From: Emiliania huxleyi CCMP1516
Taxonomy: Eukaryota
Assembly (NCBI RefSeq): GCF_000372725.1
Contig: NW_005201493.1
Coordinates: 138,830-202,829, forward strand
DNA: 64,000 bases
Direction of reading: 5' to 3'
A model generated the notes under the pieces. It made no database searches, had not been told where the DNA came from, and was given only the letters and a program-made list of their open reading frames with translations. This document shows positions 46,669 to 56,899 of the stretch, one piece after another. The translations under genes were made by a program, and so were the position numbers. Numbering within the stretch: the stretch's first letter is position 1; each line of letters opens with the position of its first letter.

Positions 46669-48375
46669 ATGGCATCCACCGCCGGCAAGCGCGCCCGCAC
46701 CGGCGGCGGCGGCGAGGAGGAGGACGATGAGCCCGTGCCGGTCGCGGATGGCTTCGAGGCGCCCATCTTTGGCGCGCGCGTCCTCGGCCAGGTCACCACG
46801 CTGACGCTCGAGGGTGAGGACGGCCCTCTGGCATCCCTCAGTCGCGTTGGCGTCGCGAGCGAGCACGCGGGCGCCTGGTACGTCGCGACGAAGGACTCGC
46901 TGCTGCACGTATCGGCGGCCGGGCGCGTGCGCCATGTGGCAGCCTTGCCGGCAAGTGTCGAATACTACACCGTTGCCGCCAGCCCGGACGGGAGCGCAGC
47001 GTTTGTGGCCGACCATGAGAACCACAAGATCCGGCGGGTGGAGGTTGCGACGGGCGAGGTGACCACGCTTGCAGGAAGCGGCGACGAGGGCGACGCGGAT
47101 GGCGTGGGTGTCGCGGCGCAGTTCTGCTGCCCAGCTGGCATCACCATCAGCCCAGGCGGCAGCGCGCTGTTCGTGGCGGACTATAACAACAACAAAATCC
47201 GGCGGGTTGCGGTGGCGACTGGCGAGGTGACGACGATCGCGGGCAGCGGCACCACGGGCAGCGCCGATGGCGTGGGCGACGCGGCGGGGTTCTGCGGCCC
47301 AGCCGGCATTGCCATCAGCCCAGACGGCGGCGCGCTGTTTGTGGTGGACCAAGGCAGCGACAAGATCCGGCAGGTTGAGGTGGCGACGGGCGCGGTGACC
47401 ACGCTCGCGGGCAGCGGCGCCTCTGGCGACGCGGATGGCGTGGGCGACGCGGCGCAGTTCTACAACCCATGTGGCCTTGCCATCAGCCCAGACAGCAGCG
47501 CGCTGTTTGTGGCGGACGGCAGCAGCCACAAGATCCGGCGGATGGAGGTGGCGACTGGAGAGGTGACGACGGTCGCGGGCAGTGGCACCATGGGCAGCGC
47601 CGATGGCGTGGGCAACGCGGCGGAGTTCGTAGGCCCAACTGAAGTCGCCCTCAGCCCGGACGGCAGCACGCTGTTGGTCGGTTCGGAAGGAGGCCTCCGC
47701 CATGTCTGCCTGGCGGCGCCTCCTCCTCCTCCCTCCTTTGCCCCGATCGTCGTTCCGCCCTCCACCTTCTCCGCCGACATGGCGAAGACGTGGGGCGACG
47801 CCTCCCTCCCAGAGGGGAAAGTCACCTTCCTGGTCGGCGACGACGAGGAGCGCATCGAGTACGTCACCAAGGCCAACCTCTGCGCCCGGTCCCCGGTCTT
47901 TCGGACCATGTTTGGCATCGGCATGAAGGAGCGCGACGCCGCCGAGGTCACGGTGCCCCACACCGACCTCGCCAGCTTCACCGCCCTAGTCCGCTACCTC
48001 CTCACCGACCAGTTCGACCTCGGCGAAGAGGAGGGCAGGGCGCAGCGCGCGCTCGACCTGCGGCAGCTGGCACAGATGTACCAGGTGCCGCGCCTCGAGC
48101 TGCTCTGCGCGCAGGCGCTGCAGGAGAGCGTCGCGCCGGCGACCGCCGTGCCGCTGCTCGAGGCGGCGCACACGCTGGGCGACGGGCGGCTCCTCGCGCA
48201 GTGCCGCCGCTTCGTGGCCGACCACGCCGCCGAGGTGCGGGCGAGCGGCGGCGTGGAGCAGCTGCGCGACTTTGGCGTGGCCAAGGGGCTGCTCGGCGAC
48301 GCGCTCGACCAGGTGGCGGAGCTCAAGGGGGCGGTGGCGGCGCGCGACGCGGAGCTCGAGAAGGTCCGGGCATGA
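46669..48375 (+). CDS. NHL-repeat + BTB/POZ protein, intronless, intact
   Basis: About 5 NHL repeats followed by VTFLVG...LCARSPVFRTMF...YLLTD...LAQMYQVPRLELLC BTB domain. Confidence 0.9.
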   Translation: MASTAGKRARTGGGGEEEDDEPVPVADGFEAPIFGARVLGQVTTLTLEGEDGPLASLSRVGVASEHAGAWYVATKDSLLHVSAAGRVRHVAALPASVEYYTVAASPDGSAAFVADHENHKIRRVEVATGEVTTLAGSGDEGDADGVGVAAQFCCPAGITISPGGSALFVADYNNNKIRRVAVATGEVTTIAGSGTTGSADGVGDAAGFCGPAGIAISPDGGALFVVDQGSDKIRQVEVATGAVTTLAGSGASGDADGVGDAAQFYNPCGLAISPDSSALFVADGSSHKIRRMEVATGEVTTVAGSGTMGSADGVGNAAEFVGPTEVALSPDGSTLLVGSEGGLRHVCLAAPPPPPSFAPIVVPPSTFSADMAKTWGDASLPEGKVTFLVGDDEERIEYVTKANLCARSPVFRTMFGIGMKERDAAEVTVPHTDLASFTALVRYLLTDQFDLGEEEGRAQRALDLRQLAQMYQVPRLELLCAQALQESVAPATAVPLLEAAHTLGDGRLLAQCRRFVADHAAEVRASGGVEQLRDFGVAKGLLGDALDQVAELKGAVAARDAELEKVRA

Positions 48376-48629
48376 GCGAGGGGCAGCGCCTCACGCGCCA
48401 CGCCCTGCTCGCTCGCCGTTTGGTCGAGCTTGGCACAGTGAGAGCAGTGTGCACGACACTCAGCGCAGCGCGCGCCGTGTACAGGGAGCGCGATCCTCCG
48501 ACACCGTTGATGTCCCGGGTACGTATAAGTACGTCAGTATTCTCGCATTTTCTCCTTTCCTCACTGCAGGTTTTTGGCATCACAAACCGCGACACAAATC
48601 CGTACTGGCTCGAGGTGGCGAGCAGGGCC

Positions 48630-49480
48630 TCCCTCTCACGCCCAACTCAAGTACTCTGCGCCGACGTTGGTCGCCTGCAGCGGCACATCCAGCACGCCAA
48701 ACTCGCCCGCCTCGATACAGATGCTCAACCCGAACCCGAGCGACGTGATCGCCAGCGACGGCGGCAGCTGCTGCGAGTTGTCCACCGCCGGCAGCCGCGC
48801 CGTTGGCGGCGTGGAGCGGAGTCCGAGCCACAGCGGGCTCGCCTGTTCATGGGACGTGTCGTGGACGCGTCATGGGCGTGTGCTAGGTGCCAACTGCTCG
48901 GAGTACAACGCTGAGAACAAAGACCTGTGCTCCCCATCTAGGCCTCCAGATCTGGGGAGGTATGGGGAGATATGGGGAGAAGTTGTTCCGCATCTGGCTG
49001 CACTCGCCCGCAGCGTGAGCGGCGCGGAGAGGATGGAGAAGTCGATCTCCTGCGTCGTTGTGACCCAACCGATTAGGAATACATCACTCAATGAGGTAGA
49101 GAAGGCAGATCTCCGGCGTCGCCGTGACCGCCACTGAGGTAGAGAAGAACCAATTCCCATTAGGATGACGACCCTGCGTCATCATCGTGAGCTATGGGGA
49201 GATATGGGGAGATCGATGTGTGACGAACCTGCGTCATCATCGTGACCCAGTGCGGCGTCGCGCGACGGCCGCTCTCGTCTGGCGGCCCGACACCCCTCTA
49301 ACGATGGAACCGAATCTTGAAGTCTCATGCACAGGGCCGCTCTCAGGGCCGCTCTCGTCTGGCGGCCCGACACCCCACCTCGAGCCGCGCCCCTCGCGAC
49401 GTCGCCCTGAAGTCGCGCGGCGCTCGCATGGCCGCGTGCGCGTGCTCAGCCCCCCCCGGCCGCAGGTCGATTCCGCATGG
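48630..49480 (-). CDS. Possible spliced hypothetical gene or fragment
   Basis: Protein-like segments (FLIGWVTTTQEIDFSILSAPL; ICIEAGEFGVLDVPLQATNVGAEYLSWA) separated by minisatellite and direct-repeat intron-like blocks. Confidence 0.3.
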
Positions 49481-50030
49481 TACGGGACCCCTCGATCGTC
49501 TCCAGGAATGTGGCGGTGTCTTTTGAGTCCGGCGCCGCCCGTTCGACTCTTGCTGTCGCCCTCGCCGTGTGTTTGTCAAGCTTCCGCATGAAGTAACGCG
49601 CCTCTTCCTTACTTATTTCCAGCGCAGCTGCCGCTCAGTATGTGCGCCAACGTGCAATGACGCCTGTCTGTGGTGGCTCACTGTCTTCTTGTTTCCAGTC
49701 GTCCCAGTCTCTCCGTTCTCCTATTCTCCTCCTTGCCTCGCGCGCCTCTTTTGTGGCCTCATCCCTACAGCCGCCTTTCAGAGAGAGAGAGAGAGGATAT
49801 TTGTTTGTGTGTCCTTTCAGTCGATTTCAATTTCTTGCACGCAGATAAGAGAACTTGGAGCACTTGGAGCACTTGGAGTGCAGTCATTAGCCTCACATCC
49901 AGGGCCGGGGAGCTGAGGAGCGCACCCAGCGGGCCGGATGATCGGGATCGGGCTAGATTCACATGAGGACTTTTTTCGAACACCTCATCCTTGACCTCAA
50001 AGCCCGAGCGGGCGCGGGGGCGGGCGCGTC

Positions 50031-50960
50031 ATGTTGATCCCGGCCATCCTCAAGAACAGCACGACTGGGTACAAGAACGTGACGTACAACCGCAGCAGAG
50101 AGAAGTTCGTGGCGCAGGCGCAGGACGACGGCAGGCGCGTCCACCTCGGCTACTTCGAAACCGCCGAAGAGGCGGCCGTCGCCTACGCTCGCTCAAAGTA
50201 CGGCCGCGCCGACGCCGCCAAGCAGCTGCAGCCCCGCGCTGCTCCCACTGCCGATGGCCTCGAGGCCATACGGCAGGCGGAGAGGGAGGGCCTCACCCTG
50301 GTCACCAGCGGCAGCACCAGCGGATACAAAGGCGTCTGCTACCGCCCGAAGGAGCGAGGCACCAAGAAGTACAAGCTGGAGGTGACGGCTGAAGGCAAGA
50401 GTCTCTACCTCGGCTGGTTCGCCACCGCCGAGCAGGCGGCGCTCTTCTACGCCCGCAGGGAGGCGGGCAGGGACACCAGCGATCTCACCTCGCCGCCGCC
50501 GCCGCCGCCCACCTCTGCCGCCGAGGCAGTCCGGCAGGCAAAGAGGGAGGGCCTGACTCTGACTAAGAGCAGCGGCAGCAACAGCGGCTACAGGGGCGTG
50601 ACCTTCAAGCCGAAGGAGCGAAGCAGCAAGAAGTACGAGCTGAGGGTGGGGTCTGGAGGCAAGCAGAACTTTCTCGGCCTCTTCGCCACCGCCGAGGAGG
50701 CGGCGCTGGCGCGCGCGCGGCACCTCCGGGACACGGCCGTCCGCCTGCTCGAGCCGCCGCCGCAGCAAGCACCGCCGCAAGGCGCAGCAGGGCCTTCCGA
50801 GGCCAGCAGCTACGAGGAGGCGGAGGACGGCTTTGACCCGGCGGACATTGCCGCTGCCGTCTCTCTCGCTGCTCTCCGACCCGCCGCCTTCCGCGAGCGA
50901 GCAGAGGGCGGCGAGGCGGCAGGCTCGCGCAGCGGAGCAGGCGGCGGCGGCGTTGGCTGA
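50031..50960 (+). CDS. Triple AP2-domain protein (C-terminus probably frameshifted)
   Basis: TGYKNV...HLGYFETAEEAAVAYAR, SGYKGV...LGWFATAEQAALFYAR, SGYRGV...LGLFATAEEAALARAR. Confidence 0.85.
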   Translation: MLIPAILKNSTTGYKNVTYNRSREKFVAQAQDDGRRVHLGYFETAEEAAVAYARSKYGRADAAKQLQPRAAPTADGLEAIRQAEREGLTLVTSGSTSGYKGVCYRPKERGTKKYKLEVTAEGKSLYLGWFATAEQAALFYARREAGRDTSDLTSPPPPPPTSAAEAVRQAKREGLTLTKSSGSNSGYRGVTFKPKERSSKKYELRVGSGGKQNFLGLFATAEEAALARARHLRDTAVRLLEPPPQQAPPQGAAGPSEASSYEEAEDGFDPADIAAAVSLAALRPAAFRERAEGGEAAGSRSGAGGGGVG

Positions 50961-51344
50961 AGCGGCGGCGGGTGCTGCTTCGCCATGGGACGACGAGGCG
51001 GAGGAGGAGGCAGAGGTGCAGGGGAGCGATAGCGGGTTGCGGGGGATGGAGGTTGAGGCCGGCGCCGCAGGAAGGGTGGCGGCGGAGGTGCAGCGTAGTG
51101 ACACTACTCTAGAGGTGCGAGGCAGCGACCCATTCCCGACGTTTTGGTAATTCTACGTCAGTAGACAGCAGCCAGGTCAAGTTCGGATCTCGGCGGGATC
51201 CCGCGCGGTCCCCCGCCGCCGCGCCCGGCCGCGAGGGGAAAGCCGACCGACGGACCGAGCCGCCCCCCCGCGAGCCCACTGAGCACTGCGGTTGTCCTGA
51301 GCCCGGACGGAGGCTCTGAGCCGAGCCGGGGCAGCTTAGGGCGC

Positions 51345-51961
51345 ACTTTGGCGGAGTGTGCAGTTAGTAACCTCACATCCAGGGCCGGGGGGAGAGCTTA
51401 ACTAAGAAGCGCACAAGCGGGCCGGATGATCGGCATCGGGCTACGGGCTAGAGAGCCCTGACCCCTAAGGGGGGGTGCGCGTTCGCAGGGAAAGGGCCGT
51501 AAAATAAACACGAGTCTCCGAGGGTTGGTTCTGCGCTTTGGTTGGGTGTCCCCTAGCGGCGGAACGCCCCCTCTACTCGGAGCTAGTAAACACCAGACAC
51601 GAGCATGACGTATACTCTCACCCGACATCGCCACTCAGGGCCCCTCCGCCCGATCTCCCCACCCCCCCATCCGAAAGGGCTCCCCTCTCCTCCCGGTCCT
51701 CCCTCCTGTTCGCTTTCCGATGGTCAGGCTGCGGAGCCCGCCTTCCCCTCTTATACTTCTTCGACCGCGGCTTCGCCGCCGTCTCGCCTTCTCTGTCTGA
51801 TCCCGTTGACTCCGCGGGTGGCGATCCCGTGTCCGACTCCCCGGGCGAGGGCGGCGACGTTGGGTTATATCGCCTCCCCTCCCCGGGGGGTCGGACCGGC
51901 TTTCCCTGGTCGACGAATCGCGCTCGCATCCGCGGCCTCTCTATCGTCTTTCGGCTCGCCC

Positions 51962-52025
<64 letters not shown>

Positions 52026-53040
52026 ATCCTCCGCCGGTTCCTCCCGTCGCCTCTTCTTTGTTCGAATGTTTTTCAATCCATCCTTCACGAAGCCCTCCCA
52101 TGTAGCTAGCGTTCTTGGCGAATGTCTCGAAATGGCCAGCAGGCGCTGTCTGCTCGCGGTCTGTGCGGGCCGCTCGTCCTCCCCGCCCTTCTTTCGTCCT
52201 CCCGTCCCTCCCCTCCACCATGGCCTTCTCGGCACTTCTTTCTCCATCCGCCTCGCCCTGCCTTTTCGTATCGTGCCGTTCGCCCTCCATTCGGTGACCT
52301 CCATGGCTGTCCGCCCCCCTTTGGGTGGCGCTCTCGATACGGTTGCGTCAACCTCGACGTCGCTGTCGCCCTCCCCGTCCCCACCGGCGTCCGTGCCTCG
52401 GTTCGCGTCATCGGTAGCGTCTCCGTTGTTCCCTCGTGCCCCGCCGTCGCCCTCTCTGCTCGGGCCGTTAGCGATTTCGCCCCTCCTGCGTGTCGCCCCT
52501 CCGTCCCCTCCCCTTTCTTCGTCGTCATCGTCGCTGTCGCGAAAGCCCTCCGGTCCCTCGATTCCCTCGCCTATCCCCTCCGCTGCGTCGTCCCAGTTTA
52601 TATCCTCATCCTCTGCGCACGTCGCGTTGGCTTCCTCTCTCCCCCTTTCCTCCCTGCCCCTCTCGCTGTCTGGTGTTAATGGACCCCCTTCCTCTCCCTC
52701 GCCACCGTCACCGTCACCATCCCCGTCGCTCCCGCCCTCCATCCCCGCCGCCCTTTGTCTCACACTCGTCTCTGCCATGTCCGCCGTCGCCGCCGTCCTG
52801 TCTGCTGCGCTCTGTGCTCGTCTAACGCCTCCTGCTAGCTGGGGCACGCTCCCACGCGGCTGGGGGCCGCTCTCCAGCTCGATTAGGGCGTTTTTCGCGC
52901 GATTTTACGGAATTACGGATTGGAGGGGGGTGGCGGCACATAGGGGGAGGGCCACGGAGGGGGAGACGCGCATCTACGAATCAAGTTATTGGCACCGGAA
53001 GCGCTCGCGCCTCGCCGCCGGTCTGCGCCGGTCAGGCTCT
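51345..53040 (-). mobile_element. Repeat element with an acidic/Gly-rich ORF (51618-52847) and an internal (CA)n
   Basis: Middle part repeated at 1-492; terminal part repeated at 49878-49956, where it ends in (CTCCAAGTG)n on the minus strand. Confidence 0.5.
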
Positions 53041-53207
53041 TTATGATCGTATCAATGATAGACCGCTCCACGCTCGCTGACGCTGTCACACCTTTAGCGT
53101 TAAGGACAACCTGCCATCGGACATGCAAGTACGCACTAACCAGTACAACGACCGTAGAGTACGAGTAAGTCTACCTCCAACAGTGAGACGAGACTCGGCC
53201 CAACGCC

Positions 53208-56200
53208 TCACCACGTATGTCTCAACTGGCTCCCCACGCCGCCGCCCACCCCTTGCCCGGCGCCTTGGCTCCCTAGCACGCGCGCCTCCAGCAGCTCGAG
53301 GCGCTGCTCCCAGCCTGCCGCGCGCTGGTCGGCGGTCTGCTGCGGCCCGTGGTAGAAGCGCTCGTAGTCGATGTCTTTTGGCTCCCACTCGCAGCTGTCC
53401 CAGTCCCAACCGATGCCCGAGCGTCCAAAGAGGCGTTCGGCAAAGAGCGCAATGTAGCGCGTGTCCCACTGGCCCTGCCTTCCGAGCGGACTCTCGAGGT
53501 GATTGGAGGGCGGGAAGAAGAACCAGCCCGGCAGCTCTGGCGCGCAGGCGCACGGGAAGAGGAAGCAGCCATACCGCAGCACAAAGAGGGACGTCCACGC
53601 GAGGCTCGTCCCAAACTGCGCCCAGAAGAGGCACGGGCCGCCGTGGGGGAAGCAGATCGGCCAGCCGTCGAGGCAGTACGGATACGTCTGCCAGATGACC
53701 GCAAAGTAGATGTTGGAGACGGGCACCACCTAGGGAGTGTCTCGAAAGTGTCTCGGCAGTGTCTCGGAAGTGTCTCCGTCGGTGCTGGAGGCGGGGACCA
53801 CCCACGAGTACAGCGGCGTGTAGTAGACCTACACTCATGAATCCAGCACAGGCTAGGGCTAGGGCTAGGGCTAGGGTTAGGGTTAGGGTTGGGGTTAGGG
53901 TTAGGAAGGACCGACCGTGAATGATAAGGGCCACGAAAGCACCGAGAAGACAGCTGAGTCCACGCGTCTGTGTGTCCCGCATCTAGGGCCGTAGGCGTGG
54001 AACAGGATCATCAGGGCGAAAGTCCACAGCCCGATCCACCTAGGGAGGGTCTCGGAAGTGTCTCGGAAGGGCACTTCGCTGCCATGTAGTTGACCGATGG
54101 CACATTCCACGCAAGCTTGTCGGTCGTAGTCCATCGGCCGCCTCACCATGTGTGCGTGCTAGCCCTGCGGCGTGGAATGTGCTGGAGTCCCTCGCCCTGA
54201 GTGTGCTGCAGGGTGGGTGCCCCCCCCCCGCCCCCCCCCCCCCCGCCCGATGTCTACTCACACACCAGAACAGGATGTAGCGGTACGTCCGCCGCACGAC
54301 TTTGACGCGAGGCCCGTCCACATACCTAGTCGAGATGTGGCCGAGATGTGGCCGAGATGTGGCGAGATGCACGCCGGCGGCAACATAAGCCCGTCCACAC
54401 GCACTTTGTCGTCGCGAGGTACGTCGTCGGGTCGAGGCACGCCGCGCCGGCAATGAAGCCCATCCCGCGGCTGTCGGTCGCTTGGAGGAAGCCGAAGATG
54501 GCAAAGATGATTCCGAAGTCGGAGAGGGCGTTGCCTAGTACCACACCTCTGGAGGATCGAACCCAATGTGGGTGCAGGTCCGTGGGTGGTGCGGGATCAG
54601 TCGGAGGGGGCGTTGCCGGTGCTCTCGGCCGAGATGAGGATGGCGGTGACCAGCGCAAAGTACGAGATGACGACGACGGACAGCAGCTCGGTCAGGATGC
54701 CTAACCTCGGGTACTCTCGGGTACTCTCGGGTACTCTCGGGTACTCTCGGGTACTCTCGGGTACTCTCGGGTACTCTCGGGTACTCTCGGGTACTCTCGG
54801 GTACTCTCGGGTACTCTCGGGCAGCAGCTCGGTCAGGATGCCCCAAAAGACGACGGTGCAGTAGGCGTAGGTCTGGCCCTCGTACCGGCTCGCGAGCGAG
54901 CGCAGCAGGATGCGCAGGTCGGGCCCCTGCACGAGCGAGCTGACCTAACCTCGGCTAATCTCGGGTAATCTCGGGTCACCTCGCGCAACCTCGCGCCCCT
55001 GCACGAGCGAGCTCTGACCGGCTCGCTGTTGATCGCGTCGCCGATCGCCAGCGGGATCACGATGAGCTTGCCGACGATCCAGATGAAGCGCGGCAGGAAC
55101 GGCTCGTCGAGGTACCACCACTCGACCCAGGTGAGGGTGTGGGGCACCTCCGCCAAAAAGTTCTCCACCATCATGCACTCGAGGAGGAGGATCTCGAAGG
55201 CCACGAGGATGAGGCAAAAGATGACGGCGACCCACTGCAGCACCTGCGCGCCAAGACATCGCCGAGACATCGCCGAGATACCGCCGAGAGTCCGCCGAGA
55301 TGTGGCCGAGATGTGGCCAGTCCCACGTCCCACGTCGGGGGCGCGCATGCACGCGGGGCGTGGGCACTACACACAGAGGCGGCGGAGGCGGCGGCTGAGG
55401 CGGCGGCGGCTGAGGCGGCGGCGGCGGCGGCGGTGGCGACGGTGGCGGCGGCGGTGATGGCGGCGGTGGGGAATGGCGGCGGCGGTGGCGGCGACGCCTG
55501 CGCGCCGAGCAGGAAGTACCAGCACTGCTGCGTGCACGGCCACGAGCAGCGGCAGCCGAGCCAGGGGGCGAAGAAGGTGGCCTCCTCGGCCTGCGGCACG
55601 CCCGCCTGCGGCAGGCGGGGGGGCGCCCTTCTTCACTGAGGCAAGATGGAGCGGAGCGAAGGGAGGGAGGGCGGAGCGGAGTGGAGAGAGAGGAGCGGAG
55701 CGGAGTGGAGAGAGAGGAGCGGACCGGAGTGGAGCGGAGGAGAGGAGTGGAGCGGAGGAGAGGAGTGGAGTGGAGCGGAGGAGAGGAGTGGAGTGGAGCG
55801 GAGGAGAGGAGTGGAGCGCCGCCTGCGGCACGCTAAAGACGTTGACCGGCTTCGGCTCGTTGTCGCCGAGAGAGCCGTCGTCCTGCGGCACGGCCTGGTA
55901 CTGCACCTGGACCGACTGCCGGTACCCGAAGTCCTTGAGGTATGCGGAGATGGAGACCCACATCGCCCACATGAAGACGTTCTTCTGCTCCTTGATCTCA
56001 TAGCCGAGCTTCCCCAGCGCCGAGTCCTTGCCCTTTGCTTCGAGCTCGGCCACAAGACCCGTCGCCTCCTCGTTGAGAATCGCACAGGGCAAGATCTGGT
56101 TCGGCAGCGGCAGGTCGTATGGGTGAAATTCCATGGGCCCGGTGATCATGAGCACCTTTGGCTCGGCGGCAAACCTCGCCTGCCGAACGCTGGACTCTCG

Positions 56201-56212
56201 CTCGAGGACCAA
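53208..56212 (-). CDS. Multi-pass membrane protein of unknown function, many minisatellite introns
   Basis: Hydrophobic exons (VLQWVAVIFCLILVAFEILL, FIWIVGKLIVIPLAIG, SDFGIIFAIFGFL, WIGLWTFALMILF) joined by GC/GT-AG introns; ends uncertain. Confidence 0.6.
53851..53905 (+). repeat. Interstitial telomere-like (CTAGGG)n(TTAGGG)n tract inside an intron
   Basis: ggctagggctagggctagggctagggttagggttagggttggggttagggttagg. Confidence 0.85.
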
Positions 56213-56899
56213 GTGGCTGCACCCAGCGCAGCGGCACCCCGGCCTCGGCGGTGCAGCACGACGGCGCAGGCCACGGCCTCTTCGAATAGGCCCGGCGATC
56301 GCTGCGGCCGTGTTGGTCAGCGCGGGGCAAAAGAATTTTACAAGTTAGCGCTCCCACGACACGATTCACGCGATAGCGCACCACACACCTCTCCTTAAAA
56401 TCCCTGTGTGGTGGCGGCGTGCCGTCCTCCCATCCCTCCCTTGGGTTGTCTGTTTTCTTTCTTTCTTTCTTTACGATTCACGCGACAGGCGAGGCGCGGG
56501 CGACGGCTTCCTCACATCCTCAGAAGCCGTCGCCCGCACCACAGGAGCAGTCACACCAAGAAATTGCGGCGCCAACAGGAAGCTCGATTTTTTTGTTTTC
56601 CTTTCCTTTTCGTTTTGCCTTTCCGAGAGAGAGAGATTTTGTTTTGAGAGCGCCTTCGTTGTTAATAGTACAAACCCAACGGTCCTCTGTTTTGTTTGCC
56701 TTTCCGTGCCGATGTGTGTCCTCCTCGAGCCTGGCTGTTCTTCGCCTTTCTATCTACTCTGTGAGTGCGGCCACGCCTTGTCGTGCCAGTATTATAGAAA
56801 GAACAACATGAACATCCAACCCCCAAATCCAAACATAGAATTTTGGATTTTGCTGCCACGCATTCTTTCTGCTGGCGAGGTGCTTCCAGCCTGCTGTGG

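Noticed and set aside
49930..49960. GCCGGATGATC resembling the 5' end of tRNA-Sec
   Set aside because: No UCA anticodon arm or T-arm follows; part of a dispersed repeat
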